A stretch of DNA of 47,026 nucleotides, the filler included, from Dirinaria sp. TL-2023a (taxonomy: Eukaryota), in NCBI GenBank assembly GCA_051941275.1. It is 2 parts of 2 records of this genome, joined end to end, with 100 filler letters (N's around TTAATTAATTAA, not from the genome) between each part and the next. Parts side by side here need not be neighbours in the genome. Positions count along the whole stretch, not along the records: positions 1 to 23,486 come from JAVEBF010000205.1; 1 more part is not named here. One strand, given 5' to 3'. Under the pieces are notes generated by a model, which had not been told where the DNA came from, ran no database searches, and worked only from the letters and a program-made list of their open reading frames with translations. Below are positions 1-12,234 of this stretch, in pieces; within the stretch, counting starts at the first letter, position 1; every line of letters starts with the position of its first letter. A program made the position numbers and the translations under genes.

Positions 1-3000
1 ATCGTCGATGCTGAGAAAGAGTGATTGCGTCAGCATTCGCTCTACGATTTCTCGATGAATAAGATCTCTGTAAAAGATCCCGCTCTGCCCTTGTTCTCAA
101 AGCGATGATTTGAGACTTAACGTCTAAGAAAAAGTCATGAAAAATATATTCTCGCACATCCATGAATGAGTCAATTGTAAAAGATCCCGTTCTGCTCTGT
201 TCTCAAAGGGATTATTTCAGACTTAACCTCTAAGGAAAAGTCGTGAAGATAAGACGATGTGGTTGATGATATATATAATCGAGTCGAATCTCGACATATA
301 ATCTGGCTCGAAGTTTTCGATGTTCTGATCACTCCACTCGATTTATTTCTTCTTTTCAAGGATTCAGACTTTAGAGAGTCCGTCTATTTTCGATGTCTCA
401 AAAAAGCTCTGGCACACGAGCCTTCTTCACGTGATAGAAACGAATTAAGAATCTTGTTTCTTAGGTGTGAGTAAATGAGGTTTTTGGTAGCTGGCATATG
501 GGATTGAGGTACATGATTAGGGTGTTTTAATATTGGTGACTGCGAAGAGTGTGAGTAAAAGAGAAGAGAGATTTACTCTCGTTCTTAAGCTTTTTCAACG
601 CGGATGTGGGAGTTGAGTAATGGTCGGAACTCATGATTTTTTTTGCTGAAAAGTTCGAAAAGAGGGATTTGTTGCAATATAATGTCGCCTCTCTCAATCG
701 GCTTGATAATGATATTCTTGAAAAGATCTTCGAGAGGATTTATATTTATACCACTTCCTGGAGAAAATAAAGATGCAATTGCAACTGCGTGTCGAAGTCT
801 TTCTTGAGTCGTCGTTTCAGGAAATCTCAAAGAGCTTGCTTTCAATCTCAACTCTCTCACAGAAGTTTCTTCACGTGATGATGAAAGAACGAATTAAGAA
901 TCTTTCATGTTCAGATGTGGATAAATGAGGGTTTTTTGAGAGTTGACATATGGGATCGGGTTTTTTTTTTATGCTCGTTTGACTGGAATTGGGATATTTT
1001 AGTATCGATAATCGTATACATTGTTCGCTGCTCGCAGCGGAAATCAAACGTACTCTCGTTTTTAGACTTTCGAATAGAATTGTCTGATGAGTTTTGTGAG
1101 TTGAGTAACATCTGATCCATTATCTTAAGATATATTTGACCTCTGAAAAATTGCTGCGTAAAAGCTCTGTCAGAAAAAGGATGTTATCGCAATTTTTTTT
1201 TGGATGTTCTAATCAAGTCGCTTACTTTTCTTCTTCAATCCAGAACTCCTAGAGAGCTTGCTTTCAAAAAAGCTCTCTCACAGAAGTCTTCTCTACGGAT
1301 AGGAATGAATGAAGAATCTCTCTTTCTCAGGTGTGCGCTGATGAGCTTTTTGAGACTTGGGATATGTCATTTACTTGAGGTGCGTAGAAGCGATGGCTGT
1401 AGAGTGTGGGCAGAGGGGGAGAGATGTTCTCGCTGTCAGACTTTTGAAGAGGATTATCTGATGGGTTTTGTGAGTTGGGTAATGTGTGAAATTTATAATT
1501 TTTTCTTTTCTTTTTTGATGTTTTAAAAAAGATCTGACACAGGAGCCTTCTTCACATACTGAGAACGAATGAAGAATCTTTAGATGTGGGTTGATGAGTT
1601 TTTTTGACAGTTGACATATGGGATCGAGTTTTTTCTTTATATTCGTTTGATTTGATTGAGGCGTGTAGAAGCGGTGACTGCGTAGATTGTGAGCAGAAGA
1701 GAAGAGAGATTTACTCTTGCTCTCAGGTTTCTTGAATACGGGTTTGCGAGTTGAGTAACGTCTGATCCATCATCTTAAGATATATTCCGACCGTAGCAAG
1801 GTGCTGAGTCGAAGACTTCGCTGCAATAAAGATGCAATTGTACCGCTAATCAAAGTCTTTCTTGATGTCGTCCTTCATTTCAGAAATCTTCAAGAATTTG
1901 CTTGTTTCCAATCTCAAATCTCTCTCGGAAGGATTTGGAACAAGATGATTAAAAGATGAAGAAGTTTCCTTCCCAGAAGTGCGTTGATGAGTTCTTTAGA
2001 GCTCGCACATGGGATTGAGATATTAATACTTATTTGATTGGAATAGGGTGTGTAGAAGCGGTGGCTGCGTAGATTGTGGGCACAAGAGAAGAGATATTTT
2101 CGCTCTCAGATCTTTTTAACATGGAATTTGTCAGTTGAGTAAAGGTCGGCGCTTATGATTTATTTTCTGATTTTTTGTGCTCGAAGATTCGAAATTTCTC
2201 ATATGAGCTCATTATCAATAGTGTTTTTTTTAGAAAGAGACATGTCGACTACCAAAGTATCTTCGATGCTGAGAATAGACTCTTCGTGTCAGCATTCGCT
2301 CTACAATTTCCCAAGTCGCAGTAGTGTCGCTGATGTATGTTGGGTATTTTCTTGTGTCGATGAATGAAGAAATGAGTTTCTGTAGAAAATCCCGCTCCGC
2401 TCTGTCTTCAAAGCGATGTTTTCAGACTCTGTCTGTTGTTTTCGACAAAAGTCGTGAAGAGCATATTATTACTTTGGTGCAGCTCTTTGCAGGACGTCTC
2501 GCTTCGTCCTCAAAGCGATGCTTAGTTTCTGAGGAAAGTTGTAAGAATAGGATAATGTGATTGATGATATATATGATCGGGTTTCAGACTTAATCTCTAA
2601 GGAGAAGTCGTGGAGGTAGGACGGTGTGGTTGATGATATATGTATGATCGGATTTCAGACTCAATCTCTAAGAAAAAGTCGTGGAGATTGGACGACGTGG
2701 TTGCTTATATATATAATCGAGACAAATCTCGACATATCATCTGACTCGAACTTTTCGATGTTCTGATCAAGCCGCTTTCTTTCCTTCTTCATTTTAAAAA
2801 TCCTAGAGAGCTTGCTTTCGACGTTTCAAAAAAGCTCTGGCACAGGAGTCTTCTTCACGTGATAGAAATGGATTAAGAATATTCGTTTTCATAGCTGATC
2901 TATGTGATCGAAATACCCACTCACTCGATTAAGATTTTGCAGTAGCGATGATCGTACACGTTGAGCGCAGCGGAAATCAAACGTGCTGTCGCTTTCAGAT

Positions 3001-3270
3001 TTTTGAAGAGAATCATTTGATGGATTTCGCGAGTTGAGTAGTATGTCGAGTTTCTGACTGTTTTCTTTTTTTTGTGTGTGCTGGAGGATTTCGAAAAGAA
3101 GATATTGCGGCGATACAGTGTCGCCTCTCTCAATCGGCTTGGCGACCGAATGCTCGAAAAAGTCATCGAGAGGGCGAGGATTTATATTTATACGGAAAGG
3201 AGTCGACCTCGTCGTCAATTTCTTGCTGAGTTTCCTCTTCACGATCTTCCTCCTTCCACTTCCCATCCCG
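1..3270. repeat. Diverged, nested tandem repeat array (irregular ~260-450 bp units within a ~2.3-2.4 kb higher-order duplication); possibly a decayed minus-strand repetitive coding sequence
   Basis: An anchor resembling CTTCTTCACGTGAT..GAATTAAGAATC recurs at ~422, ~867, ~1287, ~1546 and ~2849. The exact 23-mer TGTCGCCTCTCTCAATCGGCTTG is at 683 and 3119, and GCAGCGGAAATCAAACGT at 1034 and 2967. Block 1-460 aligns by eye with ~2262-2890. A ~70-bp subunit TTTCAGACTTAA.CTCTAAGGA.AAGTCGTG occurs at ~216, ~2582 and ~2653. Minus-strand ORFs share peptides (ININP..L.D.F....KPIERGD; LLNS.N.S.....KS...STFDFRC). Confidence 0.85.
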
Positions 3271-3558
3271 GAGCTCAGTCAACCCCTTCTCCAAAATTCT
3301 CCGCCCCTCGAACGGACCGTCTTTAATTCAAGAAAAATTATACTTCCATACTCCCCTGAAGAGATTTTGTGTTACTTATCGCCCGCTAGTTGCGGTCGAA
3401 GCACCGCTCGCGGCTTTCTCTTGATTTATTCATCCATCCACACAAACCGGTCAAAATAGATAGGTAGTATGTTTCTTCTGCAGCCAGCCAAGCGTAAATA
3501 AAGAAGGACTTGAGAAAGACGCTTTTATTTATTTAGTGTGGTATCCTTTGATGGTGGT

Positions 3559-4448
3559 GAGAGAAAGACAAAGGATCCGAGACTAAAGATTGGATGTTGG
3601 CTCTTGCTTGCGACTGCGAGAGGTATGCGCGAGAGGTATGCGTAAAAGAGGGTTTTTTTTTGTTTTTGGCTTTAAACTATAGTCTCCATCCTCGATAAGT
3701 ATGATCGTGCTAGTGAAATGAGTTTTGAAAGGGGTTTGAGGATGGTTGTATTTGAATGGAGATAAGTTGATCGTGATATTTTTGTTTTTTGAGATCTCTT
3801 GGCTGAGGGATTTTCTTCTGAAGGATACTTCTTTTCTTCTTTCTTTTCGCAATGCTGATCAGACTTTCTCGGCGAAGTTGCCAGCTATATATTTCTTGAG
3901 TATAGGATCTGAATCATCGATATTTCTTTCAAGGAAGTGAGCTGATGAGAGAAAGGCAAAGGGATCCGAGATTAAAGATTGAACATTGATATGTCGTGAA
4001 AGAGTTTTTCGGTTTTGGCTTTAAACTATGGTGTCTATCCTTGATTTTTTTTTGTGCTTGGAAAATGAGATTTGAAAGGGGTTTGGCGGATGATTAAATT
4101 TGTACGAAGGTAAGTTGACCATGTCATTTTTGTTTTTAGAGATTTCTTGACTGAACTTTTTCACTGAAAAGATTTTCTTTTTCTGCGTGAGATATGTCGT
4201 GAAAAGGTTTTCTTTTTGTTTTGGCTTTAAACTATAGTCTCCGTCCTCGATAGGTATGTCGTGCTATGGAAATGAAGACTTGAAAGGGATTTGAGGATGG
4301 TTGTGTTTGTACGAAGGTAAGTTGATCTCGATATTTCTGTTTGTTTGAGATTTCTTGGCTCAAGATTTAACTCGAAAAGAGATACTTTTCTTCTTTCGTT
4401 TTCACATCTTCTGATCACGCTTTCTCAGCGAAGTCGCCAGCTATATGC
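3559..4448. repeat. Second diverged tandem repeat family (three copies, ~200-390 bp)
   Basis: TTGGCTTTAAACTAT at 3666, 4015 and 4221, each followed by alignable sequence (TTGAAAGGG.TTTG..GGATG.TT, TAAGTTGA). GGATCCGAGA.TAAAGATTG at ~3573 and ~3962. GCGAAGT.GCCAGCTATAT at 3872 and 4428. Confidence 0.85.
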
Positions 4449-4699
4449 TTTTCTTAAGTTCAGGCTCTGAATCGCTCTCTGTTGAAGTCTTGATCGAGCA
4501 ATGCCACTGTCCATCGCTCAGGACAGAGCTAGTGGGGGTTTTCTTATATCACTCGCAGTTAAAGCCGCGATGTTTCGTTCGTTGATAAAATTATGTGAAA
4601 TCGGCGCTCTTCGGATCTTTTATCTTAAAAAATCTGAAAATGTCTTGGATTGTTTTTTGGGGTAGATTGCAAAGGGTTTCACGTAGACTCTGTGGATCT

Positions 4700-6735
4700 A
4701 TGAGGTTAATGATTTTTGATACTCTTTTTTTTTTCTCTTAAATTTAGCAAAGATTTGATTATGATGAGAAGTATAAGACCACGATGTCGAAGACGCTGTA
4801 GCTTCTCAACGCAGTATGGTTTTGATCGCGAACACAGGGGTTTCTTTCTTTTGTTCTGAATCAAACAGATAGAGAGCCAGCTCATGATGAAGCGCACCCT
4901 CGTCGCTCGAAGAATGGATGTTGGTTTTGAAGACTGTAAGTGATACGATCATCTTTTCGAACGCTTATTTTTGAACAATTGAGGTATAACTTGGGAAATG
5001 ACGATGTCTGACCAGTTTTCACTCCTTTTCATTTTTCGCGCTCGAGCAAACGAAACTTGCAGATTCCGGGAGGCTCAATAGGTTCCGAGTACGTTGCCTT
5101 GATTAGATTCGATGTATTGATGGTTTCTTCTCGTGGTAGACGGGGACAGCTTAATGGTAATTGTTGGGGGTTGAGGATGTCAAGAGTTAGAAACATTCAG
5201 GTTTCCGGTACGGATGTTTGGCAGTGGCTATTGTAAGGGCCTTGGTGAGAATCGTTCTCTTATCGAAGAAGCTGGAAAAATGAGAGCAAGGATATTGATC
5301 CTCTGAGGTCAGTATCCTTTTGACTTCCACGTACTCTTCTCCGGTATGATCTTCAAATTTCATCATGTACCACAGCTCGTGGATTGAGTTCTTCTGTCGC
5401 TGCGCTCGCGTCTTTGACCTCGCTTTTGTTTGTGTTGGAAGTTCTGTGTTCCTGGTAATGGATCTTTACTTTTGACTCAATGATTTCTCTTTCTTCGTCT
5501 TAATGATCGCTTTCATTCTTCGCTCTCTCGAGCTCAGACTTCAACCGGCGGTTCTCAGCCTTGTTCTCTCCTTAAAAGCTTGATCAGAGATGATCTCCGG
5601 ATTCTTGACTTTGAAAGTGAGTACAATTAGCGTTGAGCCCACATAGATTCTCTGGTGAAAATGCTTCGGGAGCTGTATGCTATATAGTTTACAGCATGGG
5701 ATTGGATAGATATCCGAAGGGATTCGATTGAGTAACCGCATGCTGGAATTGAGATACTTAAGATGCACTTCGCAAGAAGTTGGTATTCTTGATTTAGTCT
5801 TTCAATACCCGTTATTCTCTTGACCGCTTTGAAGTAATGATCCTCTCTATCACAATGGTAATCTGAATCTCCTAAATCGAGAATGAGCTGGTTGAAGTCG
5901 TTCACCATCCTTCTTCGCTTGAGTCGTTACGAGAAGCGGGCGCTGGTGCAGGAGTAAGACCAAAATGGAATTCAGCCGCTGGGAAACGATCACTCATTAA
6001 CAAATCAGTCCCGTCGTGGTCGATGGCGCGGAGGAGCGCAACGAAGCAAAAGATGCCGGATTTGGAGGGTTGATAGGATGTGAAGTTGAGGGATCGGTGT
6101 CGGACGAGTGATCAACTCTGACCGACCCGAACTTATCGGCAATAGATCAGACATAGACGATGGTCTGATTCTGCTCAAGCTGAGAGTTGATAGCGTGACG
6201 GCGATCGTGACGAGAGTCTCCAATGAGCCTCTATATGCCGAATTGTACAGTGAAGAACGCTATTTTGCAGCACTGCTATTAGATATTCCTGTTTCGAGAC
6301 CGGTACGGACGAGCTTTCTTTTCAGCGCCGTTGTCTTTGGTTTCTCTCTATGCTGTCTCTTGTTCTGGCTTCGCATTCGCATGTCCAGCACTGATTCTAA
6401 TGAAGTATTTTTCTTCGAGAGTGGTATCGTTGGATTCCGTTCCAGCGTCGATGTCTTTTTTCTTCTGATGTCTCTTATCCAAGTTCCGAATGTTCAGAGC
6501 TGCTCCGATCCAAGACTTTCTCTCCGAGATTGACCTGGTAGAAAATGCACATCAGTGTGTTACGAGCCCAGGGGTTTTGCTGAGAACCAGCGGGAAATTG
6601 AAACCATTGTGCTGGCCGGCCGGTGGCTTTTGGAAAGGATGATCTTGGTCTTTTGTCTCTGTGTAACTAGCTCAATGGGTTCAGTCCCAGCATCAGATAC
6701 TCTCTCCGATCATTTCACTGTTCTTAGTTGCCATT
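4700..6735 (-). pseudogene. Probable decayed gene of unknown family (multiple stops/frameshifts)
   Basis: Minus-strand TATATATAG near 6820 is followed by an ATG near 6733 and then several interrupted protein-like segments in shifting frames (e.g. 5627-5908 MVNDFNQLILDLGDSDYHCDREDHYFKAVKRITGIERLNQEYQLLAKCIL). No family recognised. Confidence 0.3.
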
Positions 6736-7449
6736 CAAACTTTTAGAGTCTCGGTGTTTGGGGATTTGTCGATAAGCATCGATTAAGTTCTTATTGTGAA
6801 GGAGAAGCACTCTCGGTGCTATATATAGCGGCTGGTTCGCCTAGATGTCTCGGAAACATCAAATCTTTCAACGAGTATTCGATCCTCGGCAGACTTGATG
6901 TATACTTGCAATCCGTATTTAGTGAACGCAAGTGTCCTTGCAGGGACGAACCCGTTGGTCAGGAAGTTTGTATTTGCCAAAATTTATCATTTCGATCGCT
7001 CATGAGCGATATTTTAGCGACCAATTGTGCCGTCCGCCGTGTGTCTCTAGTCAGGAAGACCAGGAAAAGGTTCGAAAGGGAAGAATGCTCTTATTGATGT
7101 CCACCTTGTGCGAGGCTATGGTTGGGCTGCATAGAATGGACGTGTGCTCGAAAGCGACATCTGAGATAAGTTAGCAAAATACCTTTGTGGCTGTGAAAGG
7201 ATTGCACAAACAATTCCGGTAGTATTTTCGAAATAAGTCCTGGCACGCTCAATTGACTTCAGCATCGAGGCTGGGATGATCTGTGAGTGGTTGGAAGATT
7301 GTTCTGAACGAGCGCAGCGGAGATCTCAGATCCTCTTTCCAGCTTGTAGCATTCATTTTTCGAGAGCCGCAGCTTTAAGCCGACTATCACGTAGATTTCT
7401 TTGTGGCAATGATGAATTAGTCGTTTTATTTTGATATTACTGGCTGGGA

Positions 7450-8200
7450 AATCAATCCTCAACATCGGCGACGCTGTCTGTCCACTTCCATATCGTTAGT
7501 GGTTAGTTGCTGTATGTCGTGGCAGGATGCTCGTCCTCCCGACGAGGTTCTTTGGTTCGAAGTATTGTCCATCGATAGGACTTTGAATGGATTCCCTACT
7601 TTCCCCTGTTCAACCTGCGTGGCCAGACCAAATTTGTCCCTTCGCAGCGCTTCAAACGGCTGTTGTTCGCTTCGCCACTGCTCTTTCTTCGTGTCTATGA
7701 GATTCCCATTGTCTGTTTGGATTCGTGTCCTCAGAGTCTTGTGAACATTGGAACAGCTCAGCCGCGAATTGAACCGAGTTGAGTACACGGCGATCGTCTT
7801 GTTTGGCAGCCGCTTCTCGACCAGATATGTGGCGTTCAATGCCCATCAAGCGCTCCATGTTCGTCTCCTTAGGTACAAGAAGTGGGTGGAAAAGCGTTCC
7901 GGAGAGCTCAGGAGAGTATTCTCGAAGCAACGGCGTGAGGGCGGTAGCAAGGATGTCTAAGGTCCGCCACAGTCCTGCGATTGTAAGAAGTGCCATGGAA
8001 ATTGACTCAGGCATATCGTGATAGACCTCAGACGCATCACGCTCTCCGAGCACGCTCCGCTTATACTCAAAACACAGCAGAGCTATGCTGATCAGAAGAT
8101 TCCAGAGGGCAGGTCTTGGGCTCACACATACCCGTTTAAATCGCTCTTTCCCAGTAATTCAGGATCCAGAGGAGGTCCATGAGCTGGCCACCTTCCTCAT
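7450..8200 (-). pseudogene. Frameshifted fragment resembling fungal giant DUF6606/DUF3638/DUF3645-type proteins
   Basis: ORF 7652-8125 contains ASEVYHDMPESISMALLTIAGLWRTLDILATALTPLLREYSPELSGTLFHPLLVPKETNMERLMGIERHISGR. This matches my recalled family pattern Y..PE..S.MLLT..ELW.A.D....PLL.EY.PE....LL.P....M.RL..IE.Y...R. The continuation (LRTRIQ...TKKEQW....FEAL) lies in another frame (ORF 7459-7839). Confidence 0.55.
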
Positions 8201-9572
8201 GGGAAGCACTGGATACACGCTATGTAGCAGATGTGATTGTTGTGTTTGGAAGGTCTCGCTGCCATCCACATTCACTGAATTTGTTGTAGCGGTTTTGTTT
8301 CCAGTTTCAAGCATCCAAAAGCGCCTCCCCTCCGTCAGCGGGATCGACAGAAAGCCTGTCTGATTTTGACCACATTTTTGGCCGGAATGCCATTGCAACA
8401 GCCATGACCGGGGCCAGCGGATGGTGTCAGTAATGTCTTGTCAAGTTTGGAAAAGTGGTAAGGATGTGATTGATGAGTTTTGTCTGTCCAATTCAAAGTT
8501 CCTTGCATGGGAAAATAGCGTTTGAACTCATCGTCAGGGTTAAAGCCTGAAAAAAAGAATCCATTCTTTGGTCAAAATAAAACTCGGCAAGAATTTTTGG
8601 CATGCTTTATTCTTTTCTCAGCAGCCGGGTAGTGAGGAGTGAAACGCAGGAACTTCAATTGTGTCATGTCACAATATTGGATTTGATATCATGTTGCGCT
8701 AAGCTAGGCTTTGTCTAATGATGTGAACAAGTATCTAACAACGCAACATATACTGAGAAAACAGGCATATTCTTCTTTAACAATGAACGATTTATAAATT
8801 AGATTCGACACAGAGAATAAAAGCAAGTCATTTTGGAATATGAGGAAGGGACTATATATGTAGCGGTGGCAGAGGAAGAGATAGATGGAGGGAGAGAAAA
8901 TGGAAAGGAAGGCGGGAAAGGTGGGAGTTTAAATACTCTGAGAAGCAACACCTGAAGACGCCAACAATGAAGACTCTGCTCATGAATACATAATAACTGA
9001 ACACAGGATTTGTGAACAAACAGTAAATCAAGTGCTGGCAACACGAGCTACAACACATTTTACAGCGTACTGAACTATCTCAAATTGATACAGCAGGTGA
9101 AGTTTTCAACATTTAGAGGAAGGCGGCGAGGAAAAAAATAATGTTGAATGCATTTATGAAGGCAATTGTGATGCATTGGCATCACACCATTTAACTGGAT
9201 ACTCCATTGTGACGTGTACTGTAATAGATAAGTAATTGGGATTTCTGTACCAGTGGTTTTACTCGTAGGAGATGAGATGAGGTGAGAACATGGATTGAAG
9301 TGAATTCAGGCAAGCAGAAGGGAGGATAGAGAAGAGGTGAATAAATGCCTACCTGCCTCTTGAATATGAATCGGGTAGAAGCGTCGGCTTCGAAATTCAA
9401 CATACAGATCTACTTACTATCTGAAAGTATTTTTCGAATCCCCCTTGCCTCCAACAAGAGCCATTAGGCAGGGGAATGAAAAGTTCAGGAATACTCTTAC
9501 ATGCAATGCTATGCACCACCCGACCTCCTTCGATTTCAGAGGAAATTAACGCCGCGAAAAATGGTATTCAAC

Positions 9573-12234
9573 TTATCCTACAGCAGTGATCACATTCCCA
9601 CTCCCACTTTCGCTCTCTGCTAATATCTCTTTTTCTCCGATAGGGTCGTTGGTTGGCTCCTCGTTCTTCGCTACTGCTACTGGCGTCGGTGATTTGGTTC
9701 CATTAGCAGCAGCCGCCGCAGGAGGGGGCGCAGCAATGTCTGCCTTTTTCTCTAATTCTTCTTCTTCGATGATATGTGGACGCCATTTCAGTAAGAGTTT
9801 TCTCGCGGGGAGATGTGCATCTTCGTCTATTGATGAATTAATTACTATCCAGATGGCAATGACGCAAGAATTTGGAGGTTGGAACTTACAATTCCGCCAC
9901 AGATCCTCCAAGGCATCGATACACATCTCTCGTGCAGGCGGGCGGACAAGGATGAGGTAGTGGATGGCATTGACGGCTAACCCGACCCTTTCAGGATCTT
10001 TGGCTAGGCTCTTGACCCTCTCGAGGATTTTAGGGTTGACGGATGGGATCTCGGATAGTAAGCGGATGAGGACTTTATCTTTTGGTTCGAGGTAGGGCAA
10101 GATTCCGTCGAGAATCTTGAGGACCCAGCGAGGGTAGTGCTGTCTTGGCGCTTTCCGCTTTTTGGATGTTGATGATGAGGACTCTTGTTGCGGTAATGAG
10201 GATGGATCTGGGGATTGAGATGCTAGGCGATCGCTATACCACTCTTCGTTCAGCCAGGATATCGCAATCGATATTCGGCTGCGAAAATCTTCGATGATGT
10301 ATTTCCATAGTGTCTCTCTTATCCCCTCGTCTAGACTCTGGCTCTCAATTCCTCTACTTGCCAAAGCCTTCTTCTTTCCCTCCTCCGCCTCCTCTTCGTT
10401 CTCGCTACTGTCGTCTAGACCCGCCGATGCCCGCGTAGCAAGCCTGGTGATTACCGTTATCCACGCTTCCCGATCATAGCTACTCCCAGCCAATCGGTTC
10501 AAGCCCGGTTTTTGCCTCTTTACAGCAGACGGCTCGTCAAGTACAGTCATCATTCCGAAGACCCGGTTGACGGTCCCTTGCCCGATTTGCTCGGTTTCCT
10601 TGGGTGTCAGTGGAGGAGGCTGCGGTAGCTTGAATGGACCAAGAGCAACTTCTGTTGGGGTTTGTAAGTCCTCCGGTGGTAGTGCATCGGTCCTGTTCTG
10701 GATTTGTTCGGGGTCCTCTGTAGGTACAAAGTCAGGCTCATAATCGTCTTCGTCCTCCTCATTTCCTGTAGATTGCAGAGGAAGGCCTTGGGAAAGAAGA
10801 TGCTGTTTTTGGCTGAGCGATTCATAGCGGCTTCGGACATGGCTAATAGCTTCTTCTAGATGCGGCTGTTCGATGCGATGCAGAACTGGCAGAGTAATCT
10901 TGACGATCAGATCGATAGGAAGTTGCGTAACGTCAAAGCCTGTAAGACCGGCGTCAGGAGTAAGAGTGAACAACTGCGCGACGCTGTTTGGCCCAGGTGG
11001 TAGAGGTGGTGGTGGTGGCCGGGCGGGAATCTCTGCTCCCAGGCGGATACGTTTTGCGTTGTCAAGGCCGTCGGTGGGTTCAGCTGGAAGAGGACGTTTG
11101 CCACGTCCCTCGTCAAAGAGCTCAAGTCGGGCTTGAGCCGTGCGGTCCAGGTACTGTTTTATTCGGCCCGCAAACGGACCGTTCTCATTCCTTCGCAGGG
11201 TGTTGAGTAGGAGCATTCGCATCGTTCGCTCAACCGACTTCATCTGTACCTTCATCTTGGTACCCATATGTGGCGCCACCTCTTTTAAAGGATTGTAATT
11301 AAGAAGCAGTGAGACAATCCTGTTGGCGATATTTTGTCGATTCCGAACGAGGGGCCCAATGCAGTTTAAGGTTGCGGTTATCAATAAAGGGTTACTGTGA
11401 TACGTCTTAGTCCAGCCGAACCTCATGAGTTTGCTTGAACCTACCTTGGCTGTTCACTGAAAACATCCAGAAGCCGGTCCAGTAACCCAGAGGCCTCGGG
11501 TTCAAGCCGCGGCGGAGGAATCAGAGGATGGTCTCGAGGTACCATAGCAAGAGATATCTCGCTCTGCTCAGGGCGCTGACATCCGAGTCAGCATCATCTA
11601 GAGCTACATATTCAGACGGCTGGGAAACACACCCGGGGGTCTGCAACTACTCCTGGCGTTTGCAGTTGAATTACACGTTGAACGAACTTAATGCAACATA
11701 TACGGACTCCCATTGTAGCGTCGTCCCATCTCCTCAGTATATTGGACTTGATAGCAGCCATGTTCCCCCAAGTAAGGTTGTCGTAAGCATTGTTTATACT
11801 AGGGGATAATACAACATAAGACTCCATCTTCGAATATGGCTGCGCAATGGCGGCCAGCGGGGCTTGGAGGAAGCACGTCTACGACGGGGTAAGGGCTGGA
11901 CGTACATGTATCTGAAGACGAATCCATAGATGCTAGCCGCTGCTTGTATCACACTCTTGATTACTTCCGAATCCTCGTTAGGGTTCTCCAGGAACGTCCT
12001 CAATGTTTGTAGTACTATCAAGCTCATGTTCTCCTTCTGTTGCGATCCGACCGCCGGACTCGCGAACGTTTCCGCCAGAAACTCGGCTCCCCATCTCCGT
12101 AATTCGACCCGCGCGTGCGCACCGATGATAGGTAAGATCCCTTGAACGATTTGAGGGTAGAGTACACTGTCGGAGAGAACGATGCGGCGTGCGGATTCGA
12201 GCTGTACTAGCTGATCCGTAACTGACGTGGCCAT
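9573..12234 (-). CDS. PTA1: mRNA cleavage/polyadenylation factor Pta1 (symplekin family), 5 exons
   Basis: N-terminus MATSVTDQLVQLESARRIVLSDSVLYPQIVQGILPII...ELRRWGAEFLAETFASP; also GVRICCIKFVQRVI, ISIAISWLNEEWYSD and DPERVGLAVNAIHYLILVRPPAREMCIDALEDLW. GT-AG introns at 11799-11905, ~11577-11632, ~11395-11444 and 9827-9889 restore a continuous frame. Confidence 0.9.

Noticed and set aside
216..2720. CRISPR-like repeat-spacer array
   Set aside because: Eukaryotic context; units are long, diverged and irregular without unique spacers; no cas genes.
1..8450. Intact LTR retrotransposon or DNA transposon
   Set aside because: No recognisable RT (YxDD), integrase, gag zinc-knuckle, DDE or tyrosine-recombinase motifs, and no clear terminal repeats.
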